Notes: generated from the letters alone by a model not told the origin. Shown: positions 22,070 to 32,255, numbered from the stretch's first letter. The stretch: 64,000 nucleotides of DNA from Armatimonadota bacterium (GCA_038207085.1 JBBRAE010000002.1:32001-96000); one strand, 5' to 3'. Translations and numbers: made by a program.

Positions 22070-23932
22070 TCAGCGGCTAAGTATTCTCGAACCCGGGACG
22101 CGCTTGATCTTCTTCATGAAACTTGTCGCGTGGCTGTTCAGGACGATTACGAAGAACTGGTCAGGGATATTGAGGCCCGCGACAAGCTCGTCGCAGAGCT
22201 TCTGGTCGCCGGCTTGGGACTGAACGTGGTACCATCTGCCACGGACGACACCCAGCACGTAGAACCGGGAGTGCGCGACGTGGTTCACGTTTTTGCAGAC
22301 CAGATAGGCCTGCGTGACCTGCGGGAAACGCTCAAGCTGCAAGAGAGTGTCTTGAAGCGCGCTTGGAGCGATGTCGTGGGACAGGAAATCGTCTTTGATC
22401 GATATGCTCCGGCGCTCGCTTTCGGCAAGTTCGGCTCTCTCCTGGCAGGCCAGCAGCCGATTCTCGTAGGGCAGGGCTTCCTCGGCGCGCCCGAAGTGGC
22501 GCAGGAACTCCCGGATCATCTCGCAGCCGGGGAGTTCGGCGAGCGGGTCGATGTCCATTGCGTGCTCGACGTAGGCGATTCCCGTGTCGTCGCCGCGCAT
22601 GAGAAGTATCCTTCCGAGGTTGTAGTTGGCGCCGGGGTGGTGGGGATCGATCTCGATCACGTCGTGCATGCGGTCAGTCGCCTCCATCGCATCCCGTAGC
22701 TCATCAGTCAGGCGCGCGCGCTCCCAGGCCTCTTCGTCCTGAAGCGCTCGGTCACGGGCGATCGCGGCGAGTTCGTCCAGCCTTGCGTTTGACTTCAAAA
22801 TATACTCGTGACGCGCCTGCCAGTTTTCAAGAGAAGCGCGCTGCCAGTCGGCGTCCATATGCGCAAGGAACGGGCCGAGGCGGGAGCCCAGCATCTGCTC
22901 GGCTGCGGTCTGCCCAAGCGGCGGCGGGATAGAAAGCCCTGCACCGATGGTCGCAAGTCGCTCGACTGCGCTGTATGAGAGGTCGGTCGGGCCGGTCACT
23001 TTCGCCCGCAGCCTTTCAAGAAGCTCTTCGGCGCGCTCAAGCCCTATCCCGGAGCGCAGCGACTCGGTGATTTCGCTGAAGATCGGGGGCGGCGCGGGCT
23101 CGGAGGCGACACGGGCGAAGACATCGGGCATAATCACTTCATCGAGCAATATGTTCTTGGTGATAGTGTTTACAAGGGCGTCGGCGAAGTGCTCTGCGCC
23201 GGTGATATCCACCGACATCCGATCCGCGAGGCGCTCTTCCCACCTGTAGAATACGGTCGAGGCGGCGTCCCGGAGCGATGCGTAGGAGTTGAACCGCCTG
23301 GTAAAGAGAAACCCCCAGACTTTTTCGTTTCCGGCAAACCGGGTGATCAGATAGTTCCAGTTGTCGAGCGCGCGCCGGGTGAGCCCGTGCAGTCCTCTGT
23401 GAAGCAGGTAGAGGTGGGCGTACTCGTGTGCGAGGATCACGCGGAATTGCTCGGGGGAAAGCGCCTGCATAAGTGGGAGCCCCAGAACGATCGCGTTTGT
23501 CATGCAGCCGAACACTCCAAGCCTCGGCCTGTGCTGCAGGGTCGCCTCAAAGCTCTGCTGCAGGTAAACCTCATGGACTGTTGGGCCGGATAGCCTTTTC
23601 TGAAACTCCAAGAGGGTAGAGAAGACTTCAGGCGCGTCCGCAACCCTCAGCCGGATGCCCTCGGGCCGCCCGATGCGCACCCATGCGGCTATGATCGCTG
23701 TGCTGAGCGTCACGAGCACCGGCACAAACAGCCCGCCTGAGAGCATATCTTTGCCGGAGGTCATCACGTGGACGAGCAGGCCGACGGGGGAGAACAGCAG
23801 GCAGAGGACGGAAAAGATGTAGGCGTAGCCGAGCGCGGTCAGCCCGAGGATGCGCAGGCGAAAGCGCGTCGGGTTCTTTGCGAAATCTGTTTCCATGCGC
23901 GCAACAAGCGCCTCGAACTGTTCCTGGCCCAC
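22070..23932 (-). CDS. M48-family metalloprotease with C-terminal TPR-like region
   Basis: Two TMs, LGLPLMQAL, LAHEYAH zinc motif, ERLAD, TPR-like ANYNLGRILL. Confidence 0.8.
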   Translation of the reverse strand: MGQEQFEALVARMETDFAKNPTRFRLRILGLTALGYAYIFSVLCLLFSPVGLLVHVMTSGKDMLSGGLFVPVLVTLSTAIIAAWVRIGRPEGIRLRVADAPEVFSTLLEFQKRLSGPTVHEVYLQQSFEATLQHRPRLGVFGCMTNAIVLGLPLMQALSPEQFRVILAHEYAHLYLLHRGLHGLTRRALDNWNYLITRFAGNEKVWGFLFTRRFNSYASLRDAASTVFYRWEERLADRMSVDITGAEHFADALVNTITKNILLDEVIMPDVFARVASEPAPPPIFSEITESLRSGIGLERAEELLERLRAKVTGPTDLSYSAVERLATIGAGLSIPPPLGQTAAEQMLGSRLGPFLAHMDADWQRASLENWQARHEYILKSNARLDELAAIARDRALQDEEAWERARLTDELRDAMEATDRMHDVIEIDPHHPGANYNLGRILLMRGDDTGIAYVEHAMDIDPLAELPGCEMIREFLRHFGRAEEALPYENRLLACQERAELAESERRSISIKDDFLSHDIAPSALQDTLLQLERFPQVTQAYLVCKNVNHVAHSRFYVLGVVRGRWYHVQSQAGDQKLCDELVAGLNIPDQFFVIVLNSHATSFMKKIKRVPGSRILSR

Positions 23933-24016
23933 GTAGAAGACCCCTCCTGTTCCCTGTAATGCGACCTGTTAGAATTATCGGTATGGCAGGCTCGTTTCTT
24001 CATCATTATATCCGAT

Positions 24017-24046
24017 TTGACCGTGTAGGCAGGCGGGGGGTATACT
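24017..24046 (+). promoter_or_regulatory. Sigma-70-type promoter of the mqn cluster
   Basis: TTGACC-N18-TATACT. Confidence 0.55.
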
Positions 24047-24104
24047 TACTTGAGGCGGCTGGTGGTTACCTGCCGCTTTAGTAATGTGTGAGACTAAGAA
24101 AATA

Positions 24105-25556
24105 ATGGCCTACAAAGACCTCAAAGACTTCATCGATAGCCTCGAACGCGCGGGCGAGCTGAAACGGATCAAAGCGCGTGTCAGCCCGGACCTTGAGATC
24201 GCCGAGGTTGCCGACCGGTTCATCAAGTCCGGCGGCCCAGCGCTTCTGTTCGAAAACCCGACCGGGTATGGTATGCCTGTGCTGATCAACGCGTTTGGCT
24301 CCGACCGGCGGATGGCGATGGCGCTTGGGGTCGACTCAATAGACGAGATCGGCGCGAGGATCCAGGAGCTGACCAAAGCCGAGGCGCCGAAGGGGCTGGT
24401 CGACAAGATCAAAATGCTTCCGCAGCTCTTTGGGCTCTCTCAGTCGTTTCCAAAGACCGTCAAGTCGGGCGCGTGCCAGGAGGTTGTGCTTCGGGGCGAG
24501 GATGCGACGCTCGACAAGTTCCCCGTGCTCAAATGTTGGCCGATGGACGGCGGAGCGTTTATCACGCTCCCCGTGGTCTTCACCAAAGACCCTGAAACCG
24601 GCGCGCGAAACGTCGGCATGTACCGGATGCACGTCTACGACGGGCAGACGACCGGCATGCACTGGCACGCGCACAAGGTCGGCGCGCGCCACTACGCGGG
24701 TTATGAGCGCTTGAATCGTCGCATGGAGGTCGCGGTCGCGCTTGGCGGCGACCCGGCGATCACCTATTCTGCAACCGCGCCGCTTCCTGAAGACTTTGAT
24801 GAGATGATATTTGCGGGGTTTATCCGAAAGAAGCCGGTTGAGATGGTCAAGTGCGTTTCGGTGGACCTTGAGGTTCCCGCCGACTCGGAGATCGTCCTGG
24901 AGGGATACGTCGACCCGCACGAGCGAAGAGTAGAAGGGCCGTTTGGCGACCACACCGGCTACTACAGCCTCGCGGACCAGTATCCGGTGTTTCATATTAC
25001 GGCTATCACCCACAAAAAAACGCCCGTTTTCCCAGCGACGATCGTCGGCAAGCCTCCGATGGAGGACTGTTGGATGGCAAAGGCGACCGAGCGCATATTC
25101 CTGCCGCTTATCAAGACTCAGCTGCCAGAGCTGGTCGACATGAATCTGCCGATCGAAGGGGTTTTTCATAATCTCGCGATTGTCTCGATCAAAAAGCGCT
25201 TCCCGGGGCACGCGCGAAAAGTGATGCACGCGATCTGGGGACTCGGACAGATGATGTTCACCAAGATCATTATCGTCGTGGACGAAGACGTCGACGTTCA
25301 GAACATGCACGACGTGATCTGGCGGCTCGGAAACAACATCGACCCCTTGCGCGACACGACTTTTGTCGAAGGGCCGGTCGACGTGCTGAACCACGCCTCG
25401 CCGGTGCAGAACTTCGGGAGCAAAATGGGGATAGACGCTACAAAGAAGCTTCCCGAGGAGGGTTTCACCCGCGAGTGGCCGCCGGAGATCGTTATGTCGG
25501 ACGAGGTGAAGGCCAGAATCGACAGTATTTGGAGCGAAATCAACGGCAATGACTGA
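24105..25556 (+). CDS. ubiD: Menaquinone biosynthesis decarboxylase (UbiD family, MqnL)
   Basis: YKDLKDFI, NVGMYRM, EGPFGDHTGYY, GKPPMED, SKMGIDAT. Confidence 0.95.
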   Translation: MAYKDLKDFIDSLERAGELKRIKARVSPDLEIAEVADRFIKSGGPALLFENPTGYGMPVLINAFGSDRRMAMALGVDSIDEIGARIQELTKAEAPKGLVDKIKMLPQLFGLSQSFPKTVKSGACQEVVLRGEDATLDKFPVLKCWPMDGGAFITLPVVFTKDPETGARNVGMYRMHVYDGQTTGMHWHAHKVGARHYAGYERLNRRMEVAVALGGDPAITYSATAPLPEDFDEMIFAGFIRKKPVEMVKCVSVDLEVPADSEIVLEGYVDPHERRVEGPFGDHTGYYSLADQYPVFHITAITHKKTPVFPATIVGKPPMEDCWMAKATERIFLPLIKTQLPELVDMNLPIEGVFHNLAIVSIKKRFPGHARKVMHAIWGLGQMMFTKIIIVVDEDVDVQNMHDVIWRLGNNIDPLRDTTFVEGPVDVLNHASPVQNFGSKMGIDATKKLPEEGFTREWPPEIVMSDEVKARIDSIWSEINGND

Positions 25557-26121
25557 ACGGCGACTCTTTGTGGCGATAACCGGGGCAAGCGGAGCGATTT
25601 ATGCCAGGCGCTTGATCGAGGCTGCCGCGCCTGAGTTTGATCGCATCTACGTTTCTGCCTCTCAGGCGGCGGTCCCGATTGTCCGGGAGGAGCTTGGCGT
25701 GGCCGGGCTTGCAGAGATATTGCCCGAGCGCGGCACATTTGAAATATTTGACTCAAAAGATCTCTACGCGCCGCCATCGAGCGGGTCGCACGAGCTTGAC
25801 GCGATGGTCGTCATCCCGTGTTCAATGGGGACGCTTGGGCGCATCGCTTCGGGGATATCGAGTGATCTGATCACCCGCGCCGCCGACGTTTGCCTGAAAG
25901 AGCGGCGAAAGCTGGTGCTGGTAGTTCGCGAGACGCCGCTTTCGCTCGTTCACATCGAGAATATGGCTGCTGTGACTCGCGCGGGGGCGGTCCTGCTTCC
26001 GGCGTGCCCGGCGTTTTACTCGGGGCCGAAGACCGTGCTTGATATGGTAGACTTCGTAGTCGACCGGGTGCTTCGACAGATCGGTGCGCGAGTGAGGCTG
26101 ATCGAGGGCTGGAAAGAGTGA
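25549..26121 (+). CDS. ubiX: Flavin prenyltransferase
   Basis: AITGASG, SSGS, PCSMGTL, LKERRKLVLVVRETP, PAFY. Confidence 0.95.
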   Translation: MTERRLFVAITGASGAIYARRLIEAAAPEFDRIYVSASQAAVPIVREELGVAGLAEILPERGTFEIFDSKDLYAPPSSGSHELDAMVVIPCSMGTLGRIASGISSDLITRAADVCLKERRKLVLVVRETPLSLVHIENMAAVTRAGAVLLPACPAFYSGPKTVLDMVDFVVDRVLRQIGARVRLIEGWKE

Positions 26122-26318
26122 ACCACGAAGGGCACGAAGAAACACGAAATATACGAAATGAAGAAGAGCGCCGGATGAAGGATATGCGTGACGCCGTAGC
26201 AGATGGTTGTCGCGAAATGGCGGACGTATGGCTGGAGATCGAGAAAGAGTTCGAGGCCGCCGATGCGGAAGTCTTTCAGAAGTATGTAGATGGCGAGCAA
26301 GATGCGTTTGACCAATAA
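26118..26318 (+). CDS. Small acidic ORF, possible antitoxin C-terminal remnant
   Basis: 66-aa ORF coupled to the ubiX stop; GCREMADVWLEIEKEFEAAD resembles RHH antitoxin tails. Confidence 0.4.
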   Translation: MNHEGHEETRNIRNEEERRMKDMRDAVADGCREMADVWLEIEKEFEAADAEVFQKYVDGEQDAFDQ

Positions 26319-27159
26319 GCTTCGAATCATCCTTGAGATGATCAAGTTCGAGCACACGATCTTTGCGATGCCGTTTGCGCTCACGTCTGCCGTGGTAGGA
26401 GCCGGTGGTTTTCCCGCCTGGCGGGTGCTTTTCTGGATCGTTGTCGCGATGATCGGCGCACGAAGCGCCGCTATGGCGTTTAACCGTATCGCCGATGCGG
26501 GGATCGACTCGAAGAACCCTCGCACGTGCGACCGTGCGATTCCCAAGGGGCTCGTCTCGACCGCCGATGCCTGGGTCTTTACGATCGTCTCAGCTGGGGT
26601 CTTCGTGCTTGCGGCTGGGATGCTGAACCCGCTCGCGCTGGCGCTTTCGCCGCTCGCGCTTGTGGTGGTGCTTGGCTATTCGCTCACCAAGCGATTCACC
26701 TCGATGAGCCACCTCGTGCTCGGGCTTGCGCTCGGTATCGCGCCGGTCGGGGCGTGGATCGCGGTGTGCGGGAGTTTTGCGCCTGCGCCAATCGTGCTTT
26801 CGGCGGCGGTCATGCTCTGGACGGCGGGCTTTGATATTATCTATTCGCTTCAGGACGTGGATTTTGACAGCAAGATGGGGCTTTTCTCACTCCCCCGCAG
26901 GCTCGGCTCGGCCCGGGCGCTGCTGGTGTCGCGCCTGATGCACGTCGTAGTAGTAGGCTTTTTGATTTTGTTTGGTAGATTGACTGGGCTTGGCGCTATG
27001 TATTACTCGGGAATCGGCGTAATTGCCGCGTGCCTTGTCTACGAGCACACTTTGGTGTCTGCGAAGGATCTTTCGCGGGTGAACGTCGCGTTTTTTACGA
27101 TGAACGGGTGCGTGAGCCTTGGTCTGTTTGTCTTTACATTGATAGATTTGTTTGTGTGA
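26290..27159 (+). CDS. ubiA: UbiA-like polyprenyltransferase (MqnP)
   Basis: MIKFEHTIFAMPFA, ARSAAMAFNRIAD, NPRT, YSLTKRFT, GFDIIYSLQD. Confidence 0.93.
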   Translation: MASKMRLTNKLRIILEMIKFEHTIFAMPFALTSAVVGAGGFPAWRVLFWIVVAMIGARSAAMAFNRIADAGIDSKNPRTCDRAIPKGLVSTADAWVFTIVSAGVFVLAAGMLNPLALALSPLALVVVLGYSLTKRFTSMSHLVLGLALGIAPVGAWIAVCGSFAPAPIVLSAAVMLWTAGFDIIYSLQDVDFDSKMGLFSLPRRLGSARALLVSRLMHVVVVGFLILFGRLTGLGAMYYSGIGVIAACLVYEHTLVSAKDLSRVNVAFFTMNGCVSLGLFVFTLIDLFV

Positions 27160-27238
27160 GGCGGGTCATGGACCCGCAAAGAGGGGACCGGGATTTCAAA
27201 TTCCGGTCCATCTGCTTGTGACCATCGGAGGATATACT

Positions 27239-27781
27239 TTGAGTCCTAACGAGAAAAATCAGACGGTGCTTGAGATTGAGGCGGCGATAGCCGCAGGTGG
27301 GCCGATTGCGGCGGGCCAGGTTCGGCGGTGGATGAAGGATCGCGATATGGAGGCCCAGGGGGCGGTCGCGAACTTGATCACTTACCCGCCCGGAAGCGAC
27401 AAGATCGATCCGCCGCTTGATGAGGACGATTTCGAGCGGTTCCTGCCCAACTACTACGAGCTGTGTCTGCGGCTCGACCCCGAAGGCGAGTGGGTCGACA
27501 GCCGCTACGGGGTCGCCTGGCATATCGTCGACTGGTTCCTTGCGGTTCCCAGAAACGACGATGTGAGCGAGTATCAGTTCGTAGCGTTTCTGCGGGACTG
27601 GCTCGTCGAGGTTTACCAGAACGGCAAGGAAGAGACTCGGACCGCGATCGTCGAGAGTGTGCTCGCTCGGCTCTTTGAAGAGGAGCGCTGGCGCGTGTTT
27701 TTCGTGGGCTGGCAGGAAGATGAGGAGCTTGCGGAGGCTTATCGGGCTGCCGTGGCGGTGGCGGAAGAGAGCCGAAGTTGA
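27239..27781 (+). CDS. Hypothetical protein
   Basis: 180-aa ORF, TTG start after GGAGGA, fills the gap within the operon. Confidence 0.65.
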   Translation: MSPNEKNQTVLEIEAAIAAGGPIAAGQVRRWMKDRDMEAQGAVANLITYPPGSDKIDPPLDEDDFERFLPNYYELCLRLDPEGEWVDSRYGVAWHIVDWFLAVPRNDDVSEYQFVAFLRDWLVEVYQNGKEETRTAIVESVLARLFEEERWRVFFVGWQEDEELAEAYRAAVAVAEESRS

Positions 27782-27793
27782 TCGGGTGTTGGA

Positions 27794-28891
27794 ATGGATG
27801 AAGTGCTGAAAAAGTCGGATATTGCGGACATTATCGAAAAGGTTGAAGCTGGCGAGCGGCTTTCGTTTGAGGACGGGGTGCGGCTCTATAAGTCAAACGA
27901 CATTACGGCTATCGGCTGGGCGGCGGACCTGGTGCGGCGCAGGCTGAACGGAAACAAGACGTTCTACATCGTCAACCGGCACATCAACCACACCGATGTC
28001 TGCAAGAACCGCTGCAAATTTTGCGCGTATTCGCGGAGTGAAGGCGAAGAGGGGGCGTACACGATGACGGTCCCGGAGATCGTCGCGCGCGCGGAGGAGC
28101 TGTACTCGGAGCTCAAATATACCGAACTGCATCTCGTTGGTGGCCTGCACCCCTCGGAGCCGTTTAGTTACTACACGGGGATGCTTTCGGCGCTCAAGAC
28201 TCGATTTCCCGAGGTGCATTTGCAGGCGTTTACAGCAGTTGAGATCAAGCATATCTCGGAGATCGGTGGGATCGGGGTCGAAGAGTGCCTTCTGCGGCTT
28301 AAGGATGCCGGGCTTGGGTCGCTTCCCGGAGGCGGCGCGGAGATATTTAACCCCGAAGTGCGCGAGCAGATCTGCCCTGAAAAGATGCCCGGCGATGAAT
28401 GGCTGGCGATCACCAAGATCGCGCACGGCCTGGGGCTTAGATCAAACGCGACTATGCTCTACGGTCACGTGGAGAGCGACGAGGACCGCATCGACCACAT
28501 GATCCTTCTGCGCGAGCTTCAGGACGAGACCGGCGGGTTTATGAGTTTTATCCCACTTAGGTTTCACCCCGGAAACACCGAGCTTCAGAGCCTCGCGCGT
28601 CCCAGATCGGCAATGGACGACCTGAAGGCGATCGCCATCGGCCGGCTCATGCTCGACAATTTCCAGCACATCAAGGCCTTTTGGATAATGTTCGGCGTGA
28701 AACTCGCCCAAGTAGCCCTCTCATTTGGCGCGGACGACTTTGATGGAACGGTCGTAGAAGAGAAAATCACGCACAGGGCAGGGGCAGAAACTCCCGAAAG
28801 TATGACCGTAGAGGATATCCGTCGGCTGATTGAAGAAACAGGAACTGTTGCGGTCGAGCGCGATACGCTTTATAGAGAGATTTGCCGATGA
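27794..28891 (+). CDS. mqnE: Aminofutalosine synthase (radical SAM)
   Basis: NRHINHTDVCKNRCKFCAY, ELHLVGGLHP, LPGGGAEIF, SNATMLYGH, DGTVVEEKI. Confidence 0.9.
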   Translation: MDEVLKKSDIADIIEKVEAGERLSFEDGVRLYKSNDITAIGWAADLVRRRLNGNKTFYIVNRHINHTDVCKNRCKFCAYSRSEGEEGAYTMTVPEIVARAEELYSELKYTELHLVGGLHPSEPFSYYTGMLSALKTRFPEVHLQAFTAVEIKHISEIGGIGVEECLLRLKDAGLGSLPGGGAEIFNPEVREQICPEKMPGDEWLAITKIAHGLGLRSNATMLYGHVESDEDRIDHMILLRELQDETGGFMSFIPLRFHPGNTELQSLARPRSAMDDLKAIAIGRLMLDNFQHIKAFWIMFGVKLAQVALSFGADDFDGTVVEEKITHRAGAETPESMTVEDIRRLIEETGTVAVERDTLYREICR

Positions 28892-29715
28892 ACGTCAAGG
28901 GGTTGGAGGTTGGGGGCTGGGGGCTGGATCGGCCGACCCCCAGAATAGGCTGCTTACCGTATCTGAACGTCAAGCCGCTCGTTTATCCGTTCGAGCACGG
29001 GGAGTTGCCGGAGGGCTGGGAGCTTGTCTATGCGAGGCCGTCGGAGCTTGCGGGCATGCTTGTGGATGGGGCGATTGACGTTGCGCCGGTCTCAAGCTTT
29101 GCCTGGATCGCAAACCCGGGGTTTGGGTACGCTTCGGGGATATGCATCGCCTCTGATGGGCCGGTCTTAAGCGTGTTGATGCTCTCAAAGAAGCCGATCA
29201 AGGAGGTGGCAAGCGTAGCGGCAGATGTGTCGTCGCTGTCGGGACGGGCGTATCTCCAGATAGTTGTTGCGGAGAGCTATGGGATCAGGCCAAAGTTTGT
29301 CGACTGCGAGCCGGTGGTTGACGAGATGCTTTCGCGCTGTGATGCGGCGTTTTTGATCGGCGACCCGGCGATGCTTGCAGAAAAGTCCGGGCTCTATGTG
29401 CTGGATATCGGCGAAGAGTGGAAGAAGCTTACGGGGCTTCCGGCTGTGTTTGCACTTTGGGCCGGGCCACGCGAGAAGATCACGTCGGAGATATCCCAGG
29501 AGCTTTTGCAGGCGAAAGAAAAGGGGATTGCTCGGGTACGGGAGATCGCCTGTGAGGAGTCAAAGCGGCTTGGACTGCCCGTTGAGGCGTGCCTGGAGTA
29601 TTTGACCCAGGTGATTTGCTACGATCTTGGGCCACGGGAGACGGAGTCGCTCCGGGTGTTCCGGGAAAAGGCGGTCGCTCACGGCTTGGTTGAGCGACAG
29701 GAGGAAATGATTTGA
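28888..29715 (+). CDS. mqnA: Chorismate dehydratase
   Basis: YLNVKPL, PSEL, IASDGPVLSV, LIGDPAM, W...TGLPAVFALW. Confidence 0.88.
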   Translation: MNVKGLEVGGWGLDRPTPRIGCLPYLNVKPLVYPFEHGELPEGWELVYARPSELAGMLVDGAIDVAPVSSFAWIANPGFGYASGICIASDGPVLSVLMLSKKPIKEVASVAADVSSLSGRAYLQIVVAESYGIRPKFVDCEPVVDEMLSRCDAAFLIGDPAMLAEKSGLYVLDIGEEWKKLTGLPAVFALWAGPREKITSEISQELLQAKEKGIARVREIACEESKRLGLPVEACLEYLTQVICYDLGPRETESLRVFREKAVAHGLVERQEEMI

Positions 29716-30776
29716 GTGGAGCGTTAGCCCGCGCCGCAGGTGGTGAGCGGGTCTCGTTTGACGACGCGGTGGAGCTTTTTCGCTCGGCCACACTGACCGA
29801 ACTTGGGCTTGCGGCAGGAGATGTCTGTGACAGGCTGCACCCTGAGCCGGTGCGCACGTTTGTAGTCGATCGTAACATCAACTTCACCAATATTTGCACA
29901 TCCGGTTGCCGGTTTTGTGCGTTTTTCAGGCCGGAGGGGCACCCCGAGGGTTATGTTCTATCAAACAGCGAGGTGCTGGGCAAGATTCGTGAGGCCGTGG
30001 GGCTTGGCGCTACGCAGATTCTGATGCAAGGGGGACTCCACCCCGGCCTCGGAATCGATTACTACGAAGAGCTGTTTCGTGCGATCAGGCAGGAGTTTCC
30101 TGATCGCAACTCCCTTCGGGTTCACTCGCTTTCGGCTCCGGAGATCGTCTACATCGCCTCTATCTCGGGGCTTGATGTCGAGACTACGCTTTGGCGGCTG
30201 CGGGACGCGGGGCTTGACTCCATCCCCGGCGGCGGGGCGGAGATTTTGGTCGACAGGGTGCGCAGTCTCGTCTCTCCGGGCAAGTGCTCGACCCGTGAGT
30301 GGCTCGGGGTGATGGAAACCGCGGGCAGGCTCGGGATCTGGGCGACCGCGACGATGGTGTTCGGGCATGTTGAGACGATTGAGGAACGGGTGGAGCATCT
30401 TTTGGCGATACGCGATCTGCAGGACCGGACCGGCGTGTTCACCGCGTTTATTCCCTGGACATTTCAGCCCGGTAACACCTCACTCGGCGGCAGAGCAGCA
30501 GGCGCTCACGACTACTTGAGAACGCTTGCGATTTCTCGGCTGGTGCTCGACAACATCGAAAACGTTCAGGCGTCGTGGGTGACTCAAGGGGACGCAATCG
30601 CACAGGTCGCGCTCAGGTTTGGTGCAAACGATATCGGGAGCACTATGATCGAGGAAAATGTGGTCGCCGCAGCCGGAGTCCGATTCAGACTGTCGCGCGA
30701 GCAGCTTGTTGAGCTGATTGAGGGCGCGGGGTATCGCGCGGTCGAGCGGGATACGCTCTACAGAGTGGTCAATTAA
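29712..30776 (+). CDS. mqnC: Cyclic dehypoxanthinyl futalosine synthase (radical SAM)
   Basis: DRNINFTNICTSGCRFCAF, LMQGGLHP, AFIPWTFQP, QASWVTQG, MIEENVV. Confidence 0.92.
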   Translation: MSGALARAAGGERVSFDDAVELFRSATLTELGLAAGDVCDRLHPEPVRTFVVDRNINFTNICTSGCRFCAFFRPEGHPEGYVLSNSEVLGKIREAVGLGATQILMQGGLHPGLGIDYYEELFRAIRQEFPDRNSLRVHSLSAPEIVYIASISGLDVETTLWRLRDAGLDSIPGGGAEILVDRVRSLVSPGKCSTREWLGVMETAGRLGIWATATMVFGHVETIEERVEHLLAIRDLQDRTGVFTAFIPWTFQPGNTSLGGRAAGAHDYLRTLAISRLVLDNIENVQASWVTQGDAIAQVALRFGANDIGSTMIEENVVAAAGVRFRLSREQLVELIEGAGYRAVERDTLYRVVN

Positions 30777-30846
30777 GAGTAACGCTGTGGCCTGTACAGC
30801 AAAACGGCCCGCGGATGCGGGCCGGTGGCAGAGTCTTTTAGAGTTG

Positions 30847-31260
30847 TTAGCTTCGTTGTCTTGATCTGCGGAAGCCGTAGAAGAGTCCGGCAAGTCCTGC
30901 GGACATTCCCGCGAGTGCCCCCGGTTCAGGGACATCCGACCCGAACGGGCCGTAAGTGATCGTGGTGTTCAGGACCTGCATGTCCTCGGTCGATTTGACG
31001 TAGGAGGCTTCACTGATATTGAGATCCTCAAACTGCGGCGCCATCGGCTCGATCGGCTGCTCGGCCAAGACCGGCGCGGAGTCCGCAAGCGCGGCTGAGA
31101 CGCTGTCCTGCATCTCGGCGGTCCAGTTGGCCTCAGGTGCGGGCATCTCAAGCGATGGGATGGGGGCCTGAGGAGTCGGCTGGGGGATATCTAGCGCAAA
31201 TGTCGGGCATGCAAGCGCGAAAACAGTCGCCACAGTAAGTTTTAGAACAAGTATTTTCAT
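30847..31260 (-). CDS. Small PEP-CTERM sorting-domain protein
   Basis: Signal peptide, Pro/Ala-rich body, VPEPGAL-TM-RRSRQRS. Confidence 0.85.
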   Translation of the reverse strand: MKILVLKLTVATVFALACPTFALDIPQPTPQAPIPSLEMPAPEANWTAEMQDSVSAALADSAPVLAEQPIEPMAPQFEDLNISEASYVKSTEDMQVLNTTITYGPFGSDVPEPGALAGMSAGLAGLFYGFRRSRQRS

Positions 31261-31300
31261 CTCAATCGTCCTCCGTGCATGAGAGGTAGGTGCAAGAAGT

Positions 31301-32188
31301 ATGCCAATGACAAAAGTTTCTGTTCAATCGGCTATCATCGGCGGAAGCGTCGGCTACCGTTTTCTGAAAGACAGGTGGAAAGGCATCGAGGCGCTTGGCG
31401 CTGTTTGCACCCCGTTTGGCGACTCGGCGCCTGTCTACCGGGGAGAAAGCGACGGCGTCGACTTTCTCTACATAAGCCGGCATGGAGAGAGCGGCTACAA
31501 TGTGATCGCGTCGTTTGTGAACTACCGCGCAAATATTTGGGCGCTAAAAGAGTTCGGCGTCGAGCGCATAGTCGCCTGGTCCGGGCCTGCGGCGATCGAT
31601 ATGGGTATCAGCATCGGCGAAGTGCTCGTGCCCGTTGATATTGTCGACGAGACCAAAAGGCGCGATTATACCTATTTTGAGGGACAGGGCCTGGGGTTCG
31701 TCCGACAAAACCCAGTCTTCTGCCCTGAGCTAAGAGCTTCCCTCGCAGAGGTGGTGCGCGAACGCTTCGGCGAGTGCCGCATGGAGGACATCTATGTCTG
31801 CACGGAAGGCCCGAGGCTTGAGACCCCGGCGGAGATCCACAAGTTCGCCTCCTACGGCGGGACGCTTGTCGGCATGACGCTCGTGCCGGAGGTGTTTCTC
31901 GCCAGAGAGCTTGAAATGTGTTATTGCCCTGTCTGCTACATTACCAATTACGCTGAAGGGCTGAGAAAACGTTCCTTCCGGCCGGGCGTGTTGTTTGAGG
32001 GGCTGCTTGACGATGAGGAGATTCGCGCGGTCGACGCCGGAGTGGTGTCTGCCGCTGATGCTGCGCTTCGTGCGCTTGTGTCGGTCGCCACAAAGGGCAG
32101 AGGGTGCCACTGTGGGCAGACGATGGAACGCTACAGGCGTCGCGGGGACATTGGAGACGACTGGCGGCAGTGGGTGAAGCGCCCCTGA
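31301..32188 (+). CDS. MTAP-family purine nucleoside phosphorylase (divergent)
   Basis: IIGGS, TPFG, SRHG, NYRANIWAL, EGPRLETPAE, VGMT, TNYAEG. Confidence 0.88.
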   Translation: MPMTKVSVQSAIIGGSVGYRFLKDRWKGIEALGAVCTPFGDSAPVYRGESDGVDFLYISRHGESGYNVIASFVNYRANIWALKEFGVERIVAWSGPAAIDMGISIGEVLVPVDIVDETKRRDYTYFEGQGLGFVRQNPVFCPELRASLAEVVRERFGECRMEDIYVCTEGPRLETPAEIHKFASYGGTLVGMTLVPEVFLARELEMCYCPVCYITNYAEGLRKRSFRPGVLFEGLLDDEEIRAVDAGVVSAADAALRALVSVATKGRGCHCGQTMERYRRRGDIGDDWRQWVKRP

Positions 32189-32255
32189 ATCGTATTGTTG
32201 ATGGGCTTCCGGCGTGATATAATCAAATCAGTCTTGAAGGAGTCTTCCTGAAATT

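Noticed and set aside
28850..30776. Similar 3' ends of mqnE and mqnC (VERDTLY) as an insertion duplication
   Set aside because: Explained by ancient paralogy within the CofH/MqnC/MqnE family.
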